Sequence record: OP991903.1
Strand: one strand, 5' to 3'
DNA: 64,000 bases
The stretch's first letter is position 1. The number at the start of each line of letters is the position of its first letter. This document shows positions 1-9,162 of this stretch, one piece after another. Position numbers and translations under genes: made by a program. A model generated the notes under the pieces. It saw nothing but the letters and a program-made list of their open reading frames with translations, ran no database searches and had not been told where the DNA came from.

Positions 1-486
1 AGCGGCATAGACGGCAAACCAGGATACCGTACCGATAGAAATTCCCGGGGTGAAGATTATTTTCCCGTTATAGATGAACTTGTACCAGGTGCTGATGGTA
101 TTCAGAGTCATCCCGGCGGTAGTCGGGATTTGGGTTTTGATGTCGCCGGTGGTAAAGAGGTCAGCACTGGTCACCTCACCGAAGTACCCACAGAACCAAT
201 CACCTCGGGCTAAGGTAGTGGGGCCTGGTCCGGTGTCGTTGTAGTTCCCCGCTGTGAACGGTACACCACCAGTAACCTTACCGTCCTTTACCCCGGCAAT
301 GAGGTAGCTGTACGATGTGTTCTTCACAGCGGTGGTGTCGGTATACGTAACGGTATTCGCCGCCAGGTTCGCCACCAGTGGAGCAGGTAACGCCTGACTC
401 ATGTCGAACTTACCGGCATTACGGTAAATGTTTACCCCGGTATAACCTTTAAGCGAGAGGTCTTTCCAATCGAGTTTGATGGCCAT
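1..486 (-). CDS. Virion structural protein, fibre/baseplate paralog family (runs off window start)
   Basis: Not in ORF track. Manual translation from ATG at 486 gives MAIKLDWKD...VNIYRN...YTDTTAVKNTSYSYLI...GPGPTTLARGDWFCGYFGEV...WYKFIYNGKIIFTP, open to position 1; clearly paralogous to 490..1455. Confidence 0.8.
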   Translation of the reverse strand, partial: MAIKLDWKDLSLKGYTGVNIYRNAGKFDMSQALPAPLVANLAANTVTYTDTTAVKNTSYSYLIAGVKDGKVTGGVPFTAGNYNDTGPGPTTLARGDWFCGYFGEVTSADLFTTGDIKTQIPTTAGMTLNTISTWYKFIYNGKIIFTPGISIGTVSWFAVYAA

Positions 487-489
487 TCA

Positions 490-1455
490 TTAATCCTCTA
501 TCAGCTCTAAAACAGGGTACCAAAGCAAGGTGGATGCGGCACGGGCAGTGGGAATCGCTTGCATATACGTCATGATGTCCCTTCCCGTCAACCCGTTCGA
601 GTTACCGCGCGATAACATCGCCCCTTTCGAAACGCTCACTTCCTGGCACAGCACTGCACGAGTACTGGATACCACGAAGTTGGCAGCGGTAATGCTATCC
701 ACATTGAACAGGCGCTGTTTCAACGGCGTGTTTTGGACCACTGGATAGAAGAGGTCGTTGAACTCGCACTCAGGGGTGTTCGCCACGTTATCGTGATTCA
801 GACCGGTGGTATTACTTAGGTCGTACTGGTTGGCGTTATCGGCGTCAGCGTACCCGCGCGGTAGACGGAGGAAGTACCGGTCACTGCGATAGCTGACTAC
901 CCGGCGCTGGTTTTGTGCCGTACTCAACTGTCCGTCGGTTGGGCCGTTATCGTCTGTACCGAACACCCAACCAGCCTGATAAAGTTGCGTCATGGTGACC
1001 GCGGAACTCAGGTACGTATTGGGTACGTACAATATTTTCCCGCGACGGACGAACTTGTGCCATGTCGCAGTTCCACTGACCGACAACCCGGACCCGGCTT
1101 GCGAAGCCTGAAGGGTGGCAGCGGGGATAAAATCGGTGGCGGCGATGGAGCCGAAGTACCCCAGACGTTCATCACCTTGTTGCAGGAGGTTCGGCCCCAG
1201 ACCACGCCCGAGTCCCGTTTGCATTACAATGTTTCGCGTGGGCGCTTTCTGAGAGCCGTCTTTCGTGACCATCTGAATCACGTAGTTGTACGTGGCCCCG
1301 TAGACAACACCCGTGTCTTCCCATGCCGTTTCCCCATTGGTCAGGGTGATGAGTGGGTTAGACAAGTTTGCGGTATCCAGCGGGGTCAGTGAACGGTAAA
1401 TCTCCACGTTCGTTGCCAGGGCGTTGTTATTTACCCAAGAGAGTTTGTTACCCAT
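490..1455 (-). CDS. Virion structural protein with FN3-like N-terminus plus GPG..GD..GYFG/WxKFxxxGKILYVP domain
   Basis: 321 aa; motifs GLGPNLLQQGDERLGYFG and WHKFVRRGKILYVP shared with both neighbours; family typical of phiKZ-like fibre loci. Confidence 0.75.
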   Translation of the reverse strand: MGNKLSWVNNNALATNVEIYRSLTPLDTANLSNPLITLTNGETAWEDTGVVYGATYNYVIQMVTKDGSQKAPTRNIVMQTGLGRGLGPNLLQQGDERLGYFGSIAATDFIPAATLQASQAGSGLSVSGTATWHKFVRRGKILYVPNTYLSSAVTMTQLYQAGWVFGTDDNGPTDGQLSTAQNQRRVVSYRSDRYFLRLPRGYADADNANQYDLSNTTGLNHDNVANTPECEFNDLFYPVVQNTPLKQRLFNVDSITAANFVVSSTRAVLCQEVSVSKGAMLSRGNSNGLTGRDIMTYMQAIPTARAASTLLWYPVLELIED

Positions 1456-1460
1456 TGTTA

Positions 1461-2393
1461 TTACTCCGTTACGTAGGTGGCGGTACCGCGTGCAGCTGAC
1501 CAGTTATTGCTCTGGGAAACTACGGTACTGGCCGAAACTAAGGTTGCGTAGAACCCACTACCAACACCGGTATCCGGGTAACTGTTAACCGGTGGTTGTG
1601 TCGGAACAATCTGCGTGGCAGCGGATATCACGTCAAGGTCGCCCAGGTATCCACTTTTCGCTTGCTCGCCTAACACCGTGTTTCGCATCGCCACGTTCAT
1701 GGCGGCGACCAGACTTTCACCCGTACTGGTCAGTTCCAACACCGGTCGCCAATTGTACGCTGCCGTTTTGTTAGTTTGCGCCGAAGCCGTATTGAATCGT
1801 ACCCAGTTGTTGTTAGTGTTCGCCGAATACGTTGTTTGTGTCTCTTCGTAGACGTTGAGGTCCAACTGCGCTATCGTCATCGTCCCGAACTTACCGGTCG
1901 TCAACGACATCAGGAGTCGGTTGTATTCGGAAGCATCGGCGTTACTCAAAGTGGAGAGTGGGTCAGTTAACCCTCCTTTCACGGTACGCACCTTAAACCC
2001 GAAGGTACGACCACCGACTTTCTTACTCACCTGGTATAACTGATTGACGCCACCGGCGGCAGGCGGGTAGGCACCGTTTCCATCCACGCCGTACATCAAA
2101 GATGCATTATAGATGTTGTTCCACGTTGTGGAACGGAAAGCCCGATTGGGCACAAAAAGGAATTTACCGTCAAGCACGAATTTGTGCCAGACCAAATCAG
2201 AAGGGCCGTACGCGGTCCCGGTCAAGCCTACCAGGAAGCTATCAACCTCGGAGGCTGTGAACATGTCGGTCGTGGTCACTGTACCGAAATATCCGTGGGT
2301 GGCATCCCCGGCGGCCAGGGTTTTATTTCCGGGTCCAGAGTTAGGGAAGTAGTTAGCTTGCGCTCCTCCGGACATGTTCATGGATTCTAACAT
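1461..2393 (-). CDS. Virion structural protein, same paralog family
   Basis: 310 aa; GPGNKTLAAGDATHGYFG and WHKFVLDGKFLFVP; RBS-like AAGGGA upstream. Confidence 0.75.
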   Translation of the reverse strand: MLESMNMSGGAQANYFPNSGPGNKTLAAGDATHGYFGTVTTTDMFTASEVDSFLVGLTGTAYGPSDLVWHKFVLDGKFLFVPNRAFRSTTWNNIYNASLMYGVDGNGAYPPAAGGVNQLYQVSKKVGGRTFGFKVRTVKGGLTDPLSTLSNADASEYNRLLMSLTTGKFGTMTIAQLDLNVYEETQTTYSANTNNNWVRFNTASAQTNKTAAYNWRPVLELTSTGESLVAAMNVAMRNTVLGEQAKSGYLGDLDVISAATQIVPTQPPVNSYPDTGVGSGFYATLVSASTVVSQSNNWSAARGTATYVTE

Positions 2394-2465
2394 GGTTGTC
2401 CCTTAGGTAGTTACGGGCTGAGGTCATAGTAAACTGCCCTATAATGGTGCTGAAAAAGAGAATAA

Positions 2466-2495
2466 AAAAGAGGACTGGTTTCCCAGTCCTCTTTT
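2466..2495 (-). terminator. Intrinsic terminator
   Basis: AAAAGAGGACTGG-TTTC-CCAGTCCTCTTTT inverted repeat with a T-run on the minus strand, just past the stop of 2502..3182. Confidence 0.75.
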
Positions 2496-2501
2496 GGTTT
2501 A

Positions 2502-3182
2502 TTACGCGGCGGTACGTTCCAGGAAATCAGTGGTGATGACATCCGGAATTTCCGGAATCTCACTGACCTGGGTGGCGACAGAAATGTCATCCATCAGTTC
2601 CCAGAGTTTCTCCAGGACTTTTACCACGTACTCCATCAACGCCGTTGTCAGAGCAATGACTTCTTCAGCGGTGTAATCCACCGTGATATTGCTCAGCGTC
2701 CGGAGTTTGAACACACGGGTACCATCAGACTGTTTCGCAAGCAAATGCAAACCGGTCATCAGCTGCTGGTTATCTGACGTCAACGAGAACTGATGGACAA
2801 CGCCTTCAGATTTCGTGTACGAGAACCCCAGACCGTAGGTGTTTTCCAGAAGACCGTCCAGACGCGCGTAGGCAACAGCCATTGCGTCCTGGAACTGCTG
2901 CTGGATTTCATCCGGGTTATAAGCGCGGACTTCGTACTGCTGCACCCACTTCCCGTCAACCAGGATAGGGGTGGTTTCCGTTACTACGTCACCCGTTGGG
3001 CGCGTGCCCGGCAGCAGTGGCCAGTAACCGAAGTCGTACAGGTTCTCTTCGTTTTGTTCCGTTGAGAAACTGACGTTAGGCCACTCGCGACGTACGTCAA
3101 TCAGGTACACCGGCCATTGCATAACCAGGTTACCGTCACGGTCGTACGGACGAATGAGCGGGGTAGAACTGTTTACAATCAT
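2502..3182 (-). CDS. Tail fibre assembly/chaperone protein (DUF4376-like C-terminus)
   Basis: Start placed at MIVNSS (GGAG RBS). WPVYL..VRREWPNVSF and FGYWP..P...DGKWVQQYEV N-terminal pattern; GFSY...FSLTSDNQQLMTG...LRTLSNITVDYTAEEV DUF4376-like pattern; lies directly downstream of the fibre gene. Confidence 0.7.
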   Translation of the reverse strand: MIVNSSTPLIRPYDRDGNLVMQWPVYLIDVRREWPNVSFSTEQNEENLYDFGYWPLLPGTRPTGDVVTETTPILVDGKWVQQYEVRAYNPDEIQQQFQDAMAVAYARLDGLLENTYGLGFSYTKSEGVVHQFSLTSDNQQLMTGLHLLAKQSDGTRVFKLRTLSNITVDYTAEEVIALTTALMEYVVKVLEKLWELMDDISVATQVSEIPEIPDVITTDFLERTAA

Positions 3183-3193
3183 CTTTGGCTCCA

Positions 3194-3221
3194 AAAAGAG
3201 AAGGGCGGGTTTCCCCGCCCT
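3194..3221 (-). terminator. Hairpin/terminator after fibre gene
   Basis: On the minus strand GGGCGGG-GAAA-CCCGCCC followed by TTCTCTTTTT. Confidence 0.6.
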
Positions 3222-3227
3222 AATCAA

Positions 3228-6200
3228 TTACACGGTCTGACCAACAGAGCCGGTCAGGTTCGTGCCGTCCCAGTAAACCACGATGTTGGTCAGCGTAGTA
3301 CCCAGAGTCGGTGCTTCCGCATTCGACCACTTGAGTGCTGCTGGCCACGTCAGGTTACCACCTTTGCCCATCATCGTGAGGACCAGAGTCTGCACGCGGT
3401 TGGCTGGGAGGTTACTGAACGCAATCGTGGTGCTCACGGTGGCATCGAGCTTATAGGCGTTACCTTTGCTCGCATCTACCGCACCCGCAGTGACCGTAAT
3501 CAGCGGCATGTCGTAATGGTCGAAGCTAACCCACGCTTTACCTTTACGTACGTACTGCTTACCGTCGTCTGGGGCTTCCAGAACGTCAACGAGAACCCAT
3601 GTACCGTCTTTACGGGCGTACGCTTTACCGTCCTGAGGACCGTCGTACACGTTACCGCCGCCGAGGTAACCCAGAGGGCCCCACAGAACGTCAGAGGTTT
3701 TCACGAAGAACTGGAGAGTAGAGGAGTTCAGGTAGTAGTCACCGATACGACCATCAGCCGCAGCTGGGGGACGTGCCAGGACAACCCACGCGGTGCCTTT
3801 GTCACCGGTGTCACCCTTATCACCCTTGTCACCTTTATCACCTTTCAGGCCCTGGATACCGCGGAGACCTTGGTCACCTTTCGGTCCCTGGATTGCGCCG
3901 ACGTTCACGAATGCCGTGCCGTCCCACACCCAGAAGTTGGTGCCTACCATGTAACCGTCACCGGCTGCATCGGCAGTTGCTGGCAAGTCTTCTTCGGTGT
4001 CTTTCTTACCGAGAATCTTGATGCCCGCACCAATGTCACCTTTTTCACCCTGGATACCTTGCGGACCCTGGAAGTTACCGCCGTCATCCCAGCCAGTGCC
4101 GTTCCAGACCTTCATGTTGGTGCCTACGAAGTAGGTGTCACCTTTCACTTGGCCGGTGGTTGGCAGGTCACCAGTCGTTGCCACGGTACCTTTATAGCGA
4201 TAGCCGTCGCCGGTATCACCTTTAATACCTTGGTCACCAGTCAGACCTTGGATGCCCTGGAGGCCACGCCAATCGCCCTGGTCGACCCATGCGCTACCGC
4301 TGTAGACGTACGCGTGACCCGTAGAGGTCATGTTGTACAGCCAGCCAGCAACCGGGTTAGCCACTGCGTTCAGTGCGGTCAGGTCAGCAACAGTTCCTTT
4401 CGGAACCAGTGACGTACCGTTAGTACCGTTGGTCCCTTTCAGGGAAGCAACCCACTGTGCTTCGGTGCCAGCGTAACCGCCGTCAACCGCAGACTGATAA
4501 GCGGACTTACCAGTGGTACCTTTCAGCGAGGTTACCCACGCAGATTCAGTGCCAGAGAACCCGGAATCAACGGCGGACTGGTACGCAGATTTACCGGTAG
4601 TACCAGTATCACCTTTGTCGCCTTTATCCCCTTTGTCTCCCTTCAGACCTTGTGGGCCTTGGAAGCTACCGTTGTCAATCCAGGTGGTACCGTTCCATAC
4701 CCACAGGTTTACACCCACGAAGTACGCATCGGAAACCTGGTTACCGCTGGAAGGCAGCAGGTCAGAGGTGGCTACAGTACCACGGTAGTTAACCGCGTTA
4801 CCGGTTGCACCCGTGTCGCCCTTGTCCCCTTTATCACCTTTGTCACCCTGGATACCCTGGTCGCCACGGACGTTGCCCATGTCAATCCAATCGGAACCAT
4901 TGTAGATGAATTGGTGACCGGCATCGTCGCCGGAGAGAACATTGTAGACCCAACCCGCAACTGGGTTAGTGACGTTCAACAGGTCAGCAGAATCGGTTAC
5001 GTGACCTTTCGCTACCAGACCCGGACCAATCAAGGACTTCAGCCATTCAGCTTCGGTACCAGTAAAGCCAGCACCTTGGGCGATTTCGTAAGCGGTTGCG
5101 CCGTCTACACCGGCATCGCCGGTATCACCTTTAATACCTTGGTCACCTTTCTCGCCTTTGGCTCCGCGAACATCGCCCATGTCTACCCAGGTTGCCCCGT
5201 CGTAGATGAACTGATGGCCAGCAGATGCGCCGCCAGTGATGTTGTAGGCCCAACCGGCTTCCGGAGAAACCACACCCGCCAGGTTAGCGAAGTCAGCCAG
5301 TGTACCTTTCGCCTTAACAGCATTGCCTACGAGAGACGCCAGCCATTGGGTTTGGGTACCGGAGAAACCGCCAGCAACGGCAACTTCGAATGCAGACTTA
5401 CCGGTATCACCGGTGTCGCCTTTATCACCCTTATCGCCCTTGATGCCCTGAGGACCCTGGATAGGACCTGCATCGAACCAGGCAGTACCGGTCCAGACGA
5501 ACATGTTACCGCCAACCAGCCACGCGTCAGAGACGGTGTTACCGGTAGAAGGCAGTGATGCTTCGTCGGCCTTCTCGCCACGCAGCATGACTGCGGCAGC
5601 GTTATCGCCCTTCTCACCTTTTTCACCCTGGTCGCCTTTATCGCCTTTATCGCCTTTGTTCCCTTTCAGGGAGGCAATCCAGGCCGCTTCAGTACCGACA
5701 TAGCCGGTGTCGAGCGCAGACTGGTAAGCAGATTTACCTTGCGGGCCAACCTGACCTACCGGGGACCACTGAACGGTATCCCACACCCACATGACGGAGT
5801 TGATGATGTAAGCATCACCAGACTTCTCGCCCACTTCTGGGAGGTTATCCTTTGACGGCAGAGAACCGATGATTTTCAGACCGATGCCGTCAGCACCTTT
5901 CAGGCTTGACAGCCATTCAGCTTCGGTACCCACGAACCCGTTCGCTTTCGCAACCTGGTACGCAGACAGACCATCAGGGCCAGTGAAGTCGCCGATGTCG
6001 ACCCACTCAGTGCCGACTTTCGTCCAGAGGTGTGTGCCTACTACGTAGGTATCACCCGCGGTGAAGTCTGCGACCGGAGGCAGGTCTTCTTCTTTGTCGA
6101 CGATGCCGACAATCTGCATCCCGACGGCGTTCTTACCGGCTGTACCGGTATCACCTTTCTCGCCTTTATCCCCTTTGTCTCCCTTCAGGCCCTGTGGACC

Positions 6201-7106
6201 CAGGATGTTCCCCTGGATTACCCACTGAGTACCGTCGGAGACGTAGAGCGTACCTTTATCAGAAGCAGTTACGCTACCGTCGTTCGTGAACATCCAACCT
6301 GCGTTAGATTCACTTGCAACTGGCAATGCTACCTGAGAAGGGGTGGTACCTTTCGGTACGACGGAGATACCCGGCTTACCGTCAATACCCTGGATACCTT
6401 GTTCGCCCTTTTCAGAAGCAGACCAGGACAGGAATTGCGGACTACCGCCATCCGGCATGTAGGCGGAATAGTTACCTTGCTGACCGTTACCCAGCGCATT
6501 ACGACCGAAGACGTAAACGTAACGACCGGATTCGGTAGGGTAAATGGTCCAACCGCCCAGTGAGCTTTCACCCACCGCGCCTTCATGGTCAATCATCAGC
6601 ATCTTGCTGGTGACATCTACTGGCTTCGCACCGTTGACCGCAGCGGTCATCAATGTCAGGAAGTCAGCTTCGGTGACGTGGTCGGTTTCAACAGCCACCG
6701 GAGTGAAGTCTGGCAACATGCCATCAACACCGTCTTTACCGTCGTTACCGTCCGCGCCTTTTTGCGTGAGCAGCCAGGATGCCAGGTCGCCCTGATAACC
6801 CTGTTCCACGGCGAGGTCGTAGTTCGACTTACCGTCGGCTCCGTTATCGCCCTTATCGCCTTTATCGCCCTTCTCACCTTTCAGGGACGCCAGCCACTCT
6901 TGGAGAGTGCCCGTGTAGCCCGCTTCCTTGGCTACCTCGTATGCGTCACGCCCTTTCAGGTCTTCGAGAAGAACACGTTTGTTGTTGCCAGTCTCATCAA
7001 CGACCGGGACGTACTCCTGTCCCGTCCAGTCGGCGAGTACCGGCATCGACATGATGCTACCCTGTACAGGGGTTTGACCGTTAGCCATCGTGTACTCCGT
7101 ATTCAC
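3228..7106 (-). CDS. Collagen-like (Gly-X-Y) long fibre protein with repeated globular modules and C-terminal foldon-like motifs
   Basis: 1292 aa; many GDKGDKGEKG and GPQGIQG tracts; 8 GKSAY..A...GF.GTE..WL.SL.G modules; 10 W.D.G...GPQG modules; adjacent DUF4376-like gene. Confidence 0.9.
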   Translation of the reverse strand: MNTEYTMANGQTPVQGSIMSMPVLADWTGQEYVPVVDETGNNKRVLLEDLKGRDAYEVAKEAGYTGTLQEWLASLKGEKGDKGDKGDNGADGKSNYDLAVEQGYQGDLASWLLTQKGADGNDGKDGVDGMLPDFTPVAVETDHVTEADFLTLMTAAVNGAKPVDVTSKMLMIDHEGAVGESSLGGWTIYPTESGRYVYVFGRNALGNGQQGNYSAYMPDGGSPQFLSWSASEKGEQGIQGIDGKPGISVVPKGTTPSQVALPVASESNAGWMFTNDGSVTASDKGTLYVSDGTQWVIQGNILGPQGLKGDKGDKGEKGDTGTAGKNAVGMQIVGIVDKEEDLPPVADFTAGDTYVVGTHLWTKVGTEWVDIGDFTGPDGLSAYQVAKANGFVGTEAEWLSSLKGADGIGLKIIGSLPSKDNLPEVGEKSGDAYIINSVMWVWDTVQWSPVGQVGPQGKSAYQSALDTGYVGTEAAWIASLKGNKGDKGDKGDQGEKGEKGDNAAAVMLRGEKADEASLPSTGNTVSDAWLVGGNMFVWTGTAWFDAGPIQGPQGIKGDKGDKGDTGDTGKSAFEVAVAGGFSGTQTQWLASLVGNAVKAKGTLADFANLAGVVSPEAGWAYNITGGASAGHQFIYDGATWVDMGDVRGAKGEKGDQGIKGDTGDAGVDGATAYEIAQGAGFTGTEAEWLKSLIGPGLVAKGHVTDSADLLNVTNPVAGWVYNVLSGDDAGHQFIYNGSDWIDMGNVRGDQGIQGDKGDKGDKGDTGATGNAVNYRGTVATSDLLPSSGNQVSDAYFVGVNLWVWNGTTWIDNGSFQGPQGLKGDKGDKGDKGDTGTTGKSAYQSAVDSGFSGTESAWVTSLKGTTGKSAYQSAVDGGYAGTEAQWVASLKGTNGTNGTSLVPKGTVADLTALNAVANPVAGWLYNMTSTGHAYVYSGSAWVDQGDWRGLQGIQGLTGDQGIKGDTGDGYRYKGTVATTGDLPTTGQVKGDTYFVGTNMKVWNGTGWDDGGNFQGPQGIQGEKGDIGAGIKILGKKDTEEDLPATADAAGDGYMVGTNFWVWDGTAFVNVGAIQGPKGDQGLRGIQGLKGDKGDKGDKGDTGDKGTAWVVLARPPAAADGRIGDYYLNSSTLQFFVKTSDVLWGPLGYLGGGNVYDGPQDGKAYARKDGTWVLVDVLEAPDDGKQYVRKGKAWVSFDHYDMPLITVTAGAVDASKGNAYKLDATVSTTIAFSNLPANRVQTLVLTMMGKGGNLTWPAALKWSNAEAPTLGTTLTNIVVYWDGTNLTGSVGQTV

Positions 7107-7114
7107 CTATAGGT

Positions 7115-7648
7115 TTACGCTGTTTCTTCCAGCATCATCACTGACCCGTCTTCCCATCGCATGGCGCTACCATCTTCCCAACGGATGATGTTCGAGCCGT
7201 CTTCCGGTCCTACCCAAAGGGTTAAGTGGCCGATGTAAACGAGGGAGTCCTTAAAGAACAGTGTATGCATTGCCCCATTAGCATCCGTTACGTCGTGAGA
7301 GACGGGGTTTTCAATCACTTCGGTTGCAACGATGCCTAAATCGTACTTAGCGTTCAGCCGCGCCAGTAGGTCGCTACTGGTCTGCGCATCTGGTACGTCA
7401 AGAATAACGTCGATGCCTTCAAAGAGGCTGGCGATATCGAGACGGAAGTACTCTACATCCACATAACCCGTGTAGCCTTTCCCTACCACAGCACTGACCC
7501 GGAGACCGGTATTCACATTCGGGTCGGAGCTGATTTTGGCAATCGGCTTCCCGAAGGTGATTTGGTCACGGCGCACCGGGATATTCCCGGGTGTGTTGTT
7601 AATAAGGCCAAGCATTAGGGTGTCGGACGGTTTGTTCAGATAACTCAT
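7115..7648 (-). CDS. Virion structural protein (phiKZ-like fibre-locus family)
   Basis: Start at MSYLNK with GGAG RBS; LINN...ITFGKP...NTGLRVSA..GKGYTGYVDVEYFRLDIASLF pattern seen in jumbo-phage structural proteins. Confidence 0.6.
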   Translation of the reverse strand: MSYLNKPSDTLMLGLINNTPGNIPVRRDQITFGKPIAKISSDPNVNTGLRVSAVVGKGYTGYVDVEYFRLDIASLFEGIDVILDVPDAQTSSDLLARLNAKYDLGIVATEVIENPVSHDVTDANGAMHTLFFKDSLVYIGHLTLWVGPEDGSNIIRWEDGSAMRWEDGSVMMLEETA

Positions 7649-7783
7649 AGCGTTCTCCACCAAACTTCAGTCCCCTAGTAAAACATATAAAGATGTGCAA
7701 CTTTCGGTCATTTTTTAAGGATTAGCTTCGGTTCTTATGCGTCTACGAAGCGCACGATACCTAATGTTAAAGGAAGCGAGAAC

Positions 7784-8434
7784 ATGAACAACGTGAACCT
7801 TCGTCGATTACTTTGTGTTAACATTGACCTCGACGATTGCATTTACGATACGGAACCAGAGATGTGTCGCATCCTTCTGGCCGAGTACGGGTACAACGCA
7901 CCACGCGACTGTTACCTCACCCCGGAGAACACGGACGGTCTATTACCCGAGATACTGACATCAGCATCTTTCATGGCGAGCACTCCGCTGCGCAAGGAAT
8001 TTGAAAAATGCGAAGGGTACTTCAACCGTATGCGTACTCACTGGGCGAGAGTTGCGCGCTTCCAGTTTGTGACGCACCGCGGTTACCATGAACAGGGTCC
8101 GGCTCTGACCCGTCAGGCGTTGTGCCGGGATAAGCTCCAGCACATGAACATTGTCTACCTGGACCCGAAGGTTCACTCCGACAAAATGGCCTGGTTATTA
8201 AAGAACCAACCTCAGTACGACCACATTCTTTTCGATGACCGCCCGTGCCATAATTTTGAACACGGGACATCCGAGGGTGCTGATAGTGTGTACGTCATGG
8301 ACCAACCCTGGAACCGTGACGCACGCTATGGGGGATACCCCAACCGTATCACCTGCGCCTCAGGAATGGTGACCGTCATTGACCGGGCGATTCACAACCA
8401 CGTGGCGAAGTACTTTGGGAAACCGAAAAAATGA
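7784..8434 (+). CDS. HAD-superfamily 5'(3')-deoxyribonucleotidase-like protein
   Basis: Motif I NIDLDDCIYD, motif II VTHRG, motif IV LFDDRP, and VYVMDQPWN typical of NT5C-like HADs. Confidence 0.8.
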   Translation: MNNVNLRRLLCVNIDLDDCIYDTEPEMCRILLAEYGYNAPRDCYLTPENTDGLLPEILTSASFMASTPLRKEFEKCEGYFNRMRTHWARVARFQFVTHRGYHEQGPALTRQALCRDKLQHMNIVYLDPKVHSDKMAWLLKNQPQYDHILFDDRPCHNFEHGTSEGADSVYVMDQPWNRDARYGGYPNRITCASGMVTVIDRAIHNHVAKYFGKPKK

Positions 8435-9108
8435 GCGTAGCAAGCATCAAGGCAGTGCAACAAAACCTGAAGAACCTCGGGTTGTATTCAGGTGTTGTCG
8501 ATGGATTATGGGGCAAGGTGTCACAGGGAGCGTTCGATGCAGCGTTAGACGCGGGTAAAGGAAATCTGGTAACCAAAGGGATTTATGACATTGCCTGGTC
8601 GGCAAAAGTCAGCCCGGCGTTTACTACAGCAGTTGGGTCGATGTCGAAGAAGCTTGGGCTTCCCGATGACGGTCCCGACAAGATGATGGGTTGCATGGCG
8701 TTCGAGACGGGTGAGACGTTCAGTCCTACCATCAAGAACGGCGCAGGGGCACCTTACTACGGACTGATTCAGTTCGGTGCAGCAGCAGCCAAGGACGCCG
8801 GTACCTCGTTACCTGAACTCCTTAAAATGTCCGCGGAAGGGCAGCTGGAATACGTGTACCGCTTCTTCAAGCCATACACGGGCAAGCTCCAAACGCTAAG
8901 CGATATCTACATGCGCATTCTGTGGCCAGCGGCTGTCGGAAAGCCTGAGAATTATCGCCTCTGGGAACAGGGTTCTAAAACCTACTTGCAGAACAAAGGT
9001 TTGGACATCGACAAAGATGGCGTTATCCTGAAAAGTGAAGCCGCTGCAAAAGTGGCCGAAAAAATGCGTAAGGGTCAACAACTCGTTAACCGCCGCGCAC
9101 TTATCTAA
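8431..9108 (+). CDS. Endolysin: N-terminal peptidoglycan-binding domain plus lysozyme-like catalytic domain
   Basis: VQQNLKNLGLYSGVVDGLWG PG-binding signature; MAFETGETFSP...YYGLIQF lysozyme/transglycosylase-like core; QLEYVYRFF.PY. Confidence 0.85.
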   Translation: MSVASIKAVQQNLKNLGLYSGVVDGLWGKVSQGAFDAALDAGKGNLVTKGIYDIAWSAKVSPAFTTAVGSMSKKLGLPDDGPDKMMGCMAFETGETFSPTIKNGAGAPYYGLIQFGAAAAKDAGTSLPELLKMSAEGQLEYVYRFFKPYTGKLQTLSDIYMRILWPAAVGKPENYRLWEQGSKTYLQNKGLDIDKDGVILKSEAAAKVAEKMRKGQQLVNRRALI

Positions 9109-9125
9109 CACAGCTCAGAAATTCA

Positions 9126-9147
9126 CGGGGACTTCGGTCCCCGCTTT
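9126..9147 (+). terminator. Intrinsic terminator (cUUCGg loop)
   Basis: CGGGACTTCGGTCCCCG-CTTTT after the endolysin stop. Confidence 0.6.
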
Positions 9148-9162
9148 TATGTCTGGAGAAAT

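Noticed and set aside
3117-4412. 431-aa plus-strand ORF, and other antisense ORFs over the collagen fibre (4650..5558, 6030..6563, 6585..7112)
   Set aside because: Shadow frames of the repetitive, codon-biased fibre gene; no RBS and no motifs.
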